DNA from: Octopus vulgaris
Lineage: Eukaryota
DNA: 64,000 bases
Assembly: GCA_951406725.2 (NCBI GenBank)
Contig: OX597826.1
Location: 57,474,001 to 57,538,000, forward strand
Reading direction: 5' to 3'
The notes under the pieces were generated by a model, which was not told where the DNA came from, searched no databases, and saw only the letters and a program-made list of their open reading frames with translations. Shown here piece by piece: positions 40,072 through 52,978 of the stretch; positions within the stretch are counted from its first letter, which is position 1; each line of letters starts with the position of its first letter. A program made the position numbers and the translations under genes.

Positions 40072-41943
40072 ACATACACACATACACACGCAGATGTATA
40101 TAAACGCAGACATGCATGTATGTATGCATGCATGTTCACACATGACACTTTGATAAGACAGTGATGTCGTGAGATACTGACTCAATGATAATTTCTTCTC
40201 TATTTAGCTCCAGTTTCACATTTACCAAGAATTTTGCAATTCAATGGACAATGTATGTAAGCATGGACATGTGTGTTTGTGTATGCATGTGTACACATAC
40301 ATGTGCGAGTAAAGATATATGTATGGAAGAGGGAAAAAAGAAGCTGAAGTATGGAAGGAAAAAAGCCTTTCATCTAAAAATCAAAGACAAATACACAGGG
40401 TGTTGAATACCTTAATTTAATTGAAAGGGTGGAAAGTAACACTGAAGAAGAGACAAAAGGAGAAGGAAAGAAAGAAAAACTTTCCAACTATAAAGGAGAA
40501 TGGTAACAGAGTGGGTCTTGGTGATTAGATCATGACAACTATTAAAGGGACCCAAAGAGAGCTTATGTTAAAAAAAGTGTGCAAGATGGTTATGGGGTGG
40601 AGGATTTAAAACTAAGTTCAATAGCAATTAAGTGTAAAATAATCTAGCTTATCATCCCAGCCTTGCTCAGAAAAACCCAGTGAAGCCAGGCAACTGTCTG
40701 AGAAGAAATTAGGAGGGTCTTGTGTATGTGTGTGTTTATACACATACACACACATATATATATATACAAGGCAGAGAGATCCCAGAAAAGCAACCCATTC
40801 ATGGACGAACATGCACCAGTGCGCATCACTAGAGGGTGCTGTCGTCACACACATGTAGACACTGGTTTTAATACACAGCAAAATGTGAAAAACAGGAAAG
40901 AAGAAAGGAAAAATAAACGGAGGGTAACCAAAAAGACAAAAAAAAAAAAAAAAGAAATATAACTTTAGCTGGGACACTGAAAAAATCATCAAGCAGACAC
41001 AGATAAAAGGCATAACTGAATAAATAATTAAATAAATAAATAATAATAATAATAATAATGATTGATAAAATAAATAAACGTATAGAAAAATAAACTATAT
41101 GTGTATATAAACAATTCTTTTGCTTTTGCGAGCTTTAATTTTCTTTAATGGTGTGAAGAAATGTTTCTCTGTTCTTAAGAGTGCTCTACTTCAACCATTC
41201 ATTCAAATATATCTGTGTCTGGAAAGCTTTAGAAGTAAAAATGAGATGACAAGTGTAAATAAGTAAATTATTATTATTATATGATGCTTTTTATGCTATG
41301 TTTTTTGCTTCTTCATTGGCTTCCTTCAAACAAACATTCATGTTTTTTGTTAATTTCTTGTAAAATGTTTAATTAAACACAAGTTTACACTTCACTGACA
41401 TCAGCTCATTTGCTAATTTCGTATGATCAACTGCCATGTCCCTAAATAGTTGAACTGAATCATAGGCACAGGACCTTAAATGTGGGTTCAAATTGATACT
41501 GCAACAACCCTTTTGCATAATAAAACAATTATTAAAATTCACTGTGGGGTGACGTCATTTTTGTTTTCTTACAAGGCCAGCCATCCTATATTAAGCAGTG
41601 TATTTTATAGAGCTGAACATAAATATAATATAAGGTAATATAGCATAAAGCAATATAGTAGAGCACAGAAGAGAATAGTGTTGTGTGAAATGACATCAAA
41701 TGTTTTAGAACACATCTTCTTTATAAGATAGATGGAAGAGTACAGAATAGTATTATTTCATATGATTTGAATTAATGTTATACAAGTGTAATGTGGAATA
41801 GTGCTAGTGTTAAATGGCACTGTAAAGAGTACTATACAATATAACATCAACCAAAGAATTAAAATTTATATTAGCATACCATTTGTGTAAAATTACTTCA
41901 GTTAAAGTGGTAAAGCTATTGAGGAACCTACTTAACTCTTTAA

Positions 41944-42559
41944 CCTTCAATATCTAATCCAAATATTCTATCCAAATATTTTATGTTCAAACCAGCCAGA
42001 TCTGGCCTCTTACATCTACCCTACAATGTCATTCTAAAAATAAACAATCACATCATTGAAATATTGAAGCTATGAGATAATTTGTTTTACTTGTTTCAGT
42101 CATTTGACTGTGGCCATGCTGGAGCACTGCCTTTAGTCGAGCAACTCGACCCCGGGACTTATTCTTTGTAAGCCCAGTTCTTATTCTATCGGTCTCCTTT
42201 GCCAAACCGCTAAGTGACAGGGACGTAAACACACCAGCATCGGTTGTCAAGCAATGCTAGGGGGACAAACACAGACACACAAACACATACACACATATAT
42301 ATATATATATACATATATACGACAGGCTTCTTTCAGTTTCTGTCTACCAAATCCACTCACAAGGCATTGGTCGGCCCGGGGCTATAGCAGAAGACACTTG
42401 CCCAAGGTGCCACACAGTGGGACTGAACCCGGAACCATGTGGTTGGTTAGCAAGCTACTTACCACACAACCACTCCTGCGCCTATTAATGCATAATTAAT
42501 TTTTTAAAATGTGGATAAATAAGTATCATATTTGATGGAGTTATCTGAATATTAAAGGG
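41944..42559. mobile_element. piggyBac-type MITE (same family as 16810-17030, opposite orientation) interrupted by a SINE
   Basis: ttaa|cctt..ttatgttcaaaccagccagatctgg..accctacaatgtcattctaaaaa..gctatgagataat [SINE] gcataattaa..taaaggg|ttag. Confidence 0.8.
42081..42483 (-). mobile_element. SINE family A nested in the MITE
   Basis: Full-length copy, flanked by a probable short taat duplication. Confidence 0.92.
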
Positions 42560-43427
42560 TTAGTAAATACATGTCTTTCTATGACCAGAAGTCAGTTGAA
42601 TCATATAGAATAAAATGTAGCAAAAATACTCTACATTGTGAATGAGTCTTTATAACAATGTCTCAGAGTATATTCATTCAGCTATAAATAATAGCTTATG
42701 ATACTTTGGTTTTAAAATCCCTTGAATGGAAAAAAGACAAAATTGTTTGGGTGATTCAAACCACTTGCAAAGATGTTTGGTTTGATGGTTCAAGTCCCAT
42801 AGGCAGCTTTCCGCCTTTTTACCATACAAAAGTTGTTTGTTTTCTTTTCTCACCCAGTGTATTATAAACTATTATTTATAAGTGAATTTACTTCAAGACA
42901 CATCGTTAATATAAAAAAAAAAAAAAACTTTGATGCTTCTACAGTTTCATCCTAAATATAAACTCTGTATTGTGTCAATAACTCAAGGTTTAAGTATGTA
43001 GTCAAAATATAGCTTGGCAGCTAGAGGAGATTAAAATGGAGGTTTATCTTTATTTGGCAATTTTTTTATTTTGAATTTTCAAGGTGAAAGAATACAAAGT
43101 ACAAACAGTAATAAAAATACCATTTCACAACAAAATAACATTCAGTTTGTTAATATAGCCACAGCTATATTATACGTCATACATAGAGAAGGCAATCACA
43201 AAAAAAAAAAACCTTGCTACATAAAAAGAAAACAAAAATTAATACATAAGTGGTAAACGACAAACATGGCAAACATTCTTTTCTCCTCTCCTTATATAAA
43301 TATCTGGGGTTATTGATTGACAAAATATTCAGGTGAGAACTACCAATCCCCAGACCAGACATTTATTATCAGTGCTTGTGGAATGTCTTCGCAGAAATTA
43401 TCATTGAAAACCATCAAAATTTCTCAC

Positions 43428-43583
43428 CTATGTCTTACACTGTTCCTGCACAAATATTCTGCCATGTCATATTTTAGACATTCCAACCGAGAGAGCTGTG
43501 AACTACTCCCAGATAAACAGGAGACAAATAATTAAACTTTGAACTACACTGCTATGTCCTTTGATAAGGTCAGATGTCCTTTT
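43428..43583 (-). CDS. Candidate exon containing the start codon (ATG at 43465; MAEYLCRNSVRH plus 2 nt AG)
   Basis: Long polypyrimidine tract and ttttcaatcag| acceptor, donor TAG|gtgaga, Kozak-like gacATGG. It ends in phase 2 (AG), which joins the single A opening exon 941-1055 to give Arg in frame. Confidence 0.35.
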
Positions 43584-44117
43584 CTGATTGAAAATAGCAA
43601 TAGAAAAGAAAAAGAAAGCAAAAAAAAAAGAAAAGACAAGCAGAATAAAAAAAAGATGATAAATAAAAGCGAAATATATAAATAAAGCAAAAATGTGAGA
43701 AAACGAGGAATTTTCTTCATTTTGGTTTTTCCACCTCCATTCCTTTTTATACACTCCAAACCAGTGTGGCTTTCCAGTTTCTCAACTCTCATGTAAAACA
43801 CACTGTTCAACGCCTTTGATCCTGGAACCCCTAACACCTAATCAACAAGGGAAAAGAAAAGAAGCAGCCTCAGAAGAAGAAAGCTGTCAAGAACAGCAGT
43901 AGCTGCCACTATGAATTCAGTGCATTTGGAAGCATCAGATTAGACAGGAGTAGTCTAGTGACCAGCTACCCTACACCAGATAAAAGGAACACACCACACT
44001 CACACACAAACAACAAAAACAATTGCATGTAATGCATATAAAAGAAACACCTTTACATCAGATACAGAGAGAAATGGAGGAATTGATATTTTACACCAAC
44101 ATAAATACACACACTCA

Positions 44118-44172
<55 letters not shown>

Positions 44173-47100
44173 TCATGTTTATAGAGACACTTGCATTCAA
44201 CTATTACATACACTGACAGACATCTGCACGCATCATACATACACAAGCACATACACAGATCTGAAAACACACATACACTAACAGATATTAAAAGGAAAAA
44301 TTCCATTTCTAAGTAATAATAATTGATGAGACCCTGTAAATATTTCGTTTCTCAATATGCAATATTGTTGAATATTTTCCAGAAAAAATTTTAAAATATT
44401 AAATATAAAATTATGAACATATCTGTATATCATTTTTCAAAAATTTCTTATATCCAAAGATATATGAAAGTGTATATGATTATATGCTTACATACCATAC
44501 ATCTGTCTGTATGTATGTGTCACACACACATACACACACACACACACATACATACACACTCACACACACACACACACACACACACATATCACATTTACAT
44601 TAAAAAGTCCTTTAATCATATTTTTTAATGATGATATAAAGATGTCTTGAATTTGTTTTTAGACATTTAGAAAAATAAAATACAATAAGTTTCTTTCCTT
44701 TTTTTGTGCTCTCTTTCATTTCTCGTACACTGAGTATCGCAACATAAAACAAGATCTCAACAACAATTGCAAATATATATAAGTAAAAGGAAGAGAAAAT
44801 GAATAAAATTGATTTTAAAACTGTATACATGACTTGTTATTATGGTTGACAGCTTGAAAGGAGAATTCTCTAAGTATGAAAGGAACTAGTTTATTGTCTT
44901 CATGTTCCAGATAAGAAAAATTAAATTTAATCTAAAAGATTTTATGCCTTCAGTAAGGTTATTTACACAAGATCCAAACCCATGTTGTATTACAAATATA
45001 GCCACTATACTGTACAAGCAATACAGTGTAATATATCTATCTATCCTAATGGGTCCCAAAAATCAGTGTTTTGGGCAAATGTGTCCAAACATTTGAACAT
45101 TTAAATTGTCCAGTGCTAGGCTCTGAAACGTCTGATGTTGAATATGCTTCTTAACAGCCCTTTCAGATAATTAGGTTTATTAAGGTCAAAGTGAATTTCT
45201 CCCAGTTAAGGATTTTTTTTTTTTAATGAAACAGAAAATTTTCCCATGTTTCAGGAATGCATGAGCAGAATTTGTAGTTAAGTTACTATTATTTTCTTAG
45301 AATGTAAGGAACCACAATTTAAAGACAATCAGCCCACACATATGGCATGTCTTATGTCTTAGAAGCTAAGCAAACAATAAGATACCATTGTGCCTGACTT
45401 ACCAGGAGCGTCCAATTTGCGAACTACTCCTATGTATATAATTCCATTCAATCACAGCTGACTGGATTCCAAACAATATTTCTAATTGTAATTGGCTGTC
45501 CCTCTTCTGTGGTTCCTTTATAAGGATCATTTGCTAAACTAAATATCACCATATACAATATTCCTCTAAAACATCTTAGCATTTCCTCAGACACACACAA
45601 ATGCTCTCTCTCTCTCTCACACACACACGTGCGCACACATATACACACACAGTGACCTGTAGGAACAAAATACTAACAGACAGATTCTGCCTTTCATTTC
45701 TCTTGTATTGCTAAAAATAAGTACCAGTAATATATTAGTTTCAATTAAATCAACTCCACTGTAGCACTAACAAATTTGTGGTCTTGTATCAATACAAGAA
45801 CCCATTATTTGTACATTTTTTCTTGTCAGAGTTATTGTTATTGTTGTTCTTGTTGTCAATGCTTTTGTTATTGCTGTTGCCTTTAGTATTTTTCATATTA
45901 ATGTTGCTGTTGTAATTGCTATTGTTGTGATTATAATTATAGCTGTTATCATTATTACACTTGATTCCATTTACATATTTCATTATTCTAATTACAATTC
46001 ACTCAGACTCTTCTAGCTTAAGCTATAATAGTAGTCTGTAGCAGAGATCTGACCCTATTAGAAAAAGGTGCTGCTTTCACCTAGAGTGGGGATTTCGTGC
46101 CTGCACCTCCCTGCTGCATTTAACCCCTGGGACACAGGAAAGAGAAGGGATGGAAATGATTCAAGCAGTGATTATTCTAACTAACAGCCATGAATAATCA
46201 TCCATTGAAATGAAGTCGAGGTGGTGTTGGTGGTGTTGGTGGTGAGGAGGAGACAGTGTAAATGAACAGAACAGTCTGAAATTGTTTTCCAGGACACCAA
46301 TGCTATGATGCCATCATCATTTATAGCAGACTTTTACGACCATGAAACAATCACAGTTATCTAAAGATTGCATAGAGACACCGGAAACAACCAACAGTCT
46401 GATTGAAGCAAGAGTAACTGGTCAGTGAAGTGTTATGGGTATGTTTACAGTTATTCTGTTTCTCCTGGTGCTGTAATTGAATACCGAGGAAAATAAACTA
46501 CTAATCCAGATAACAAATATAATAGATGAAAGTTTTTAGGAATACTGATACATATACACACACACACGTAATTGTATGTACACACACACAAACACATGTA
46601 TACACACACGTGTGTGTGTGTGTATGTGTGCATGCACAGGCGCATGCACACAAGTATATTACATGAAAAAGAGAGATGTTGCTCTGTAATGAAGCATTAT
46701 AAATGGGAGCCCATGGTTCTGTGTTTAAGTTTGATTTGCCTGAATTTAGGTTTCACTCAGCAGCATGATCAACAAAGGACTTAGTTAGTGGGACTGGTTA
46801 GAGATATAGTGGACAAGAGAATCAGTGCTCACAGAATACTTTGAAACAGCTCAACCACTCCATAAATGTCTTTATAATACTATCTCACAATATGACAATC
46901 TTTAAAGGTTTATGGATTGAAGGACAAGTGGTTGTTTTCAAACAGTTTTTTCTGAAGCAGTCAGTTTGTCTATATATCATTAGTAGTTACATGTATCTAT
47001 GAATCATAAGTAGCACTAATTTCTATAAAAATGGAGTCAACCCAACTGAAAAATTGTGGAATACTCAATCGTTTAGACAAAATTTCATGCTTTATACCTT

Positions 47101-48079
47101 ATCAACTTGTTTCCAAATTCGTGAAATATTACTTCTAACAAAGACTCAGCTTGGTGCCAATATGAAGTAATAATATCTTGTCCACTTTTCAACATTACAA
47201 CTCTTTACATAGCTAAATAAAGTAAAAGATGGCACTTTCTCATAATGTTGTGGTTACCAAAGTTTCTTAATTAACAGCTAACATTTTGTAATCATAAACG
47301 CTCTCTTTCTCATACAGACACCAACAGCTGATGTTAATAAGGGTTTTCTGAATGTTGACCACAAGTTACATGTCTCGGCCAGTCATTTGCAGTGCAGCTT
47401 GTCAAGACATCTAACTTACATATATGTCAATTTGCATGACATGGTTGACAAGAGTGGTTCTACTACTGCATCAGTTGTTATTGCAGTTTAGCACCATGAG
47501 TCCTGATCAAACAGATGCTCTAGCCATGATTAACATCTATATTTATGACGACATTGTTTGTATTATTTCTTTTTTAATATATGAGAGTGTTTAATGAAGG
47601 AGATTTGCCTGTTATCTTCAAGTACATTGTGCATGTGTGTGTGTGCATGTGAGTGTGTGTGTCTGTGTGCATGTGAGTGTGTGTGTGTGTGTGTGTTACA
47701 TATCTTCAAGACCATTTAACAATTCCAGCCTAATGCTTCAGGATGATGTATTTTTCATATGTAATTAGCATATGGTAGGTCTGGCTCCATAATTTACAGA
47801 AATGAAGAAAAGAATTGGTAGCAAGGCAAGAAGTCTACCTAAGAATTCCTCTTTGAAGCTGTATTTACAATGTCATATTTAATTTTTGATTTTTTTTTTT
47901 TGTTTTGCAGTTGTGGGGTGGGTCCATTTGAGACTATTAAAGCATCTAGATGCACTTCAGCACACATCATGCCTTAATGTGTAACAAATTGATAATCATT
48001 GATTTGCATTTATGTATACATCCCAACGCCACAGATATGTGCATGCCCATATCTATGTTTCTGTGCCAGCAGCAAAGAA

Positions 48080-48101
48080 AGATAGATAGATAGATAGACA
48101 A

Positions 48102-48163
<62 letters not shown>

Positions 48164-48212
48164 GCATGTATGCATGCATGTATGCATGCATATATGCATG
48201 CATGTATGTATG
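48080..48212. repeat. (GATA)n then (TGCA/TGTA)n microsatellite
   Basis: Direct reading. Confidence 0.95.
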
Positions 48213-49239
48213 AGGCAAAACATGTCCAATATATCCTCAGTAGTACTTTTCAAAAGAACAGAGGTGAAACATTTTCTTATTTAACCTTATTATTTAAGCA
48301 TAATTCTTCAAGAAATATGTATGGGTAAATATCCTGTGTGCCACCATACATGCTCCACCACTACCATACATACATATACAGTGTATGCACATCATGGATG
48401 TATTTGAAATACATTTAGCTAGTCAGCAGAAAACTTTTTCTTAGGGAGGCACATTCCACTCCGCCCACACCATTAAATTTATATCAAAGAAATTATCATC
48501 AGACCCCAATGGAATATTATCAGGAAAGTGGGTAGTGGAACAGGGTGCTACATTGCTGTAGTTGAAAATTTGATTTAAGCATCCTTCAAAGAGGAAGGAG
48601 AGCCAAATTAAGTACATTAGGAATAATTAAAATCTGTAATGGAAATCTGAAGAGTAAATAAGAAGCTTTGCCCCTCCTCTCTCTCTTTTTCTCACTCTCC
48701 TCAATTCTCTCTCTCACTTGAGCAGCTCCTTGTAGATTATTCCTGACAGTTCTTCAATATTCCAACACATTCAAACACATAAGAATTAACCAATTTATTA
48801 CTTAAATAGCTTATTGAAAACATATATTAATTCTTTTTTTCTTACCTTTTCTTAAATCATTTATTTTTTACTTCTTCATTCTCTACTTGAAGAATTTAGA
48901 ATTTTCAGCATAATAGATTTCTGAAGACATAAGACTTATTTATTTATTTACTTATTTATAACACTGGATATCAATCAAACATGCTAGATTTAATTGAAAA
49001 CAATCTGTATACTAAATTTGTTGCTTGGAGTTGCTGGAATTTACAATTTTTTTGGAAGCTCAGATTTGTTATCGCAGAAAAAAAATGTCTCTCAATATAT
49101 CTATACACATTTCATTGATCATGTAAGTACATCTATACATGTATAAATTAATCATAGGTATGCACATTTGAACATATAAGATGGATATCTATGTGTGTCT
49201 GAGCATAAGAGTGTGTGTAATATTTAAACTTACAAGACA

Positions 49240-49440
49240 GCAATCAGACAGAATTGTTAGTATGCCAAGCAAAATGCTTAGTAGTATTTCATCCATCTGA
49301 GTTCAAATTCCACTGAGGTCGACTTAATTTTTATCTTTTTGGGGTTGCTAAAATAAGTACCAGTTGAGCACTGGAGCTAACATAATCAACTTACACATTC
49401 CTACAAAATTGCTGGCTTGGTGCCAAAATTTGAAACCAAT
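49240..49440 (+). mobile_element. SINE family B with alternative tail
   Basis: cagaattgttag..tgagttcaaattccactgaggtcgac..aagtaccagttgagcactgg..aaattgctggcttggtgccaaaatttgaaacc. Confidence 0.85.
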
Positions 49441-49649
49441 ATTTAAGTTTACAATTGCATAAGTGAATAAAGGTGTGTACAGATACATGTATGTATATAT
49501 ATATTTATACATATCTTAGTCAGTCAGTGAAAGGACTTCACTACCTCATATGTTCTTAAAATTTAAATCCACATCTTTGTCTGTATATCTACCTTCTCTA
49601 TAATGTTGCCACTTGATTTGAAAATGTTTGTATTAATGGAAAACCTCTA

Positions 49650-49742
49650 TAATTGACTGATGAGTACTCAGCATCTTAAATCTGTTGTAATACTTACAAC
49701 ATTTAATAAAATGATGTAGTACGAAACGATCGTACCAAATTA
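49650..49742 (+). ncRNA. Type-I hammerhead ribozyme motif within a ~255-bp element between TA tracts (49515-49771)
   Basis: CTGATGA (49657-63), helix II GTACT...AGTAC, GAAA (49723-26), C-GATC-GTA. Helix I taattga/ccaaatta is imperfect. Confidence 0.7.
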
Positions 49743-49769
49743 CCGGAGTCATTCTTGTTGCTTATTTTG

Positions 49770-49810
<41 letters not shown>

Positions 49811-50728
49811 GTATATATTGAGATAACTGCGATGTGCTAATGCATGCCTACATTGTTTTAGATTAACACATTTAGATATAACTGACATTGTTCAAGCCAG
49901 CATGGCAACTTATGGATAATCCCCTCATTTTTGTTCATGTAACAGCCAAAGCTACCTCCACAAGCTACCAAATAATAACTTTAACAGAGAGAACATGCTT
50001 GAACTTGTAAAATTTAACACAAGACAACAGGATGGCTATGTCTATGAAACATTACCAGAACAAGTCAACAACAAACAACTACAACAGTTTTGCAAAAAAA
50101 TGTAGCTGAAATTGATACACATGTTGGGAGCACTGAAACTCTTTGAACATTTCAAAACCTTACACTTTATAGACATTAGCTTATGACAATTAATTCATGC
50201 AATATGCACACAGCATTTCTGAGAAGCACATTTATATATATATATATCCATATGTTAAGATCTTTATGCATGCAGGAATGCAAAAAAGGATGTAGTTATG
50301 CATTGCATAAGAATTGTTCCTAATTGTAAATTCTACAATTACTACTACTAATGTCTGCAGTTACACACATATAAACAACTAACCTAAGCAAAAATTGTAA
50401 AAACAGGTACACATACATCATACTTGAAATAATCAGCATACACACACATGAACACACTGAACTATAGGAAATAACAGGGAAGAGTTAAGCTAAACTTTCT
50501 ATAATATGAAACAGATGATAAACAAATCCATGAATCTTCCTTTGGTTGGAACTTTGTAACAAGTTACTTTTCCCAAGAGTAGATAGCAAATTAATTTCAG
50601 TTAGTGAAACCATGAGGCAAATTATTTTTCAGCTCATTAAATTGCAACAAGTTGAATTATGTATCACATTTAGAACCTATGATATTCCCAAACTGAGATA
50701 TGATCTTGACATCCCTGGGCCAAATTTT

Positions 50729-50938
50729 CTTGAAATAGCTACCTGATTTGATTAATATATACCATATTTCATGGCTTAAGAGTCTGTGAAAATCAGCCTG
50801 CATTTTCTAAACACAAAATCAGGGTTTAAGTTCCTTGAAATAGCTACCTGATTTGATTAATATATACCATATTTCATGGCTTAAGAGTCTGTGAAAATCA
50901 GCCTGCATTTTCTAAACACAAAATCAGGGTTTAAGTTC
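50729..50938. repeat. Perfect 105-bp tandem duplication
   Basis: 50729-50833 is identical to 50834-50938. Confidence 0.95.
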
Positions 50939-52184
50939 CTGGAAAAGCCTACTAAAAATGAGATATATCTCATAAGTTTGTGCATCTTAAAAGCTGTCAA
51001 ATTGATAAATTCAGTGAAAGAGAAAAACAAAAATAGGAAAAAAAAATGTAGCCACTGACTATACATTGAACTCAATTCTTACTGAACTGCATCGATACAT
51101 ATATCACCTTATATGCCATTATTATATTCATACAAACACACACACACATTTTAAATTGTTATCAGTGTTCAACAGAAAACTGAAGTAAGGTGGTTGTCTA
51201 ACAATCTCAGTCATCGTAGTTGTTATTTCTGGCTGTGTTAATTCAGTTTATGAGATTTTGATAGCCCATTTATTGAATGCTGCTTCAAAAGTGTCCATTT
51301 TATTGAAGTTTTCAATTGATTCTGTACAATAAAAATACATTTTTGTCTGATTTAGGTAACTCTCATAGGAATGAAGTACTAAGATCAGCTGAGCATTTCC
51401 TACAGATAGCTATATATTATATTGAACTAATCAATTTGTACAGCTAAACTATCACTCAGTGTAGATATGTACTCACTAACTTTCTGTGCCATCAGTATCA
51501 GGTTAACCACTCGCCCTTGCTTTTTCTGAGCCAACAACAACATATAACAATTCAATATCCTCACAAATTATTGGTACATCAAGCTCTTGTTTAAGCAACT
51601 AATCAGTGAGTATGATTTCACCTGAATTAGCATATATGAGAATGCACTTGATAAGGAGTGTGCAAGACACATAACTGTTTGAGTATATAATTCAAACTAT
51701 AACTCCCGTTGGTTAATTTTAGTATTTCAGTAGAATTCTAATCACACTATATCAAAATAAAAGTGCTAAGAAAGATTGCCTCCATTGAACTAGCAACAAC
51801 ATTCTATCCTTAAATTGCTATTATCTCATCTCCTCTTATCCTATATTCTCACTAGCCATGATAGTAGGATGTCAGTTGCATTCCTTATTTGAATTATTAA
51901 TGGCTCCTCAGTCTGTATGAAACCATTGGTACTAGGTTACTGTACATTACAGTGGATGCACACACACACATATATATAAACACATATAGAGGTGATACAT
52001 ACATACTTACACACACACACGTGTGTGGGTGGGTGGTTGGGTGGTGTACATACATATTTACATACACACATAAATGTAATTGATAAATATATTTATATAT
52101 CACTATTATCTTCATAATTTTAAGTTTTACTTTTCAATGTTTACAAGGATTGAACTTTTTTTGTGTATGTATGTGTATGTGTGT

Positions 52185-52238
<54 letters not shown>

Positions 52239-52929
52239 ACATGTGCATGTTGGAAATGATGTACTTTTTAAAAGTAAGTTTAGTGGTGCTTGACATTATG
52301 GTGGAGTATAAAAACCAAGTGACTAACCAAGTGGCACCCAAGAAGCCACAGGACAGCTGAGTATCATGTACGCAGTAATTTAACTTGATTTTGTTCATTC
52401 ACATGAATGAATCTTTATTTATAACAACACGCCAAGGATTTAATTTTTTTTTTTTTCCTCTGGCCTCATTAAGTAAGTTCAGATCCTGTCTTCATGTTGA
52501 CATAGTTTAAACAAAGATTTCTTCCTCCTTTCCATACTGCTATCTTTTGCCAATTTAAAACTGCTGTGAAATATGTAATCAAATATGTAGTGGTAAAGAA
52601 AAAATAATAAATTGAAGAATACAGAAATATAAATTTACCACAACTTTGATAGCCATCATTTCAAATCCTCTATAATTCAACATCTATATTGCTGTAAGTC
52701 CTTAAGGACCTTAACTTATCCATCTTATAATTAAGTGAACACCTTAATTCAGTCTTTAGGGACTTTCTTTTTACTGTAGCAATTTACCAGGCTCCTTACA
52801 TCAGTCCTACTTGAATTGCAAATTCATTTTTTATGAATTCTTAGAAGTACTATATTTTTGAAATTTGAACCCTCACTATTATGTAGTTACTTGCAAAAAC
52901 AGGCTAAGATTATCATTTCTATCTGTGTA

Positions 52930-52978
<49 letters not shown>

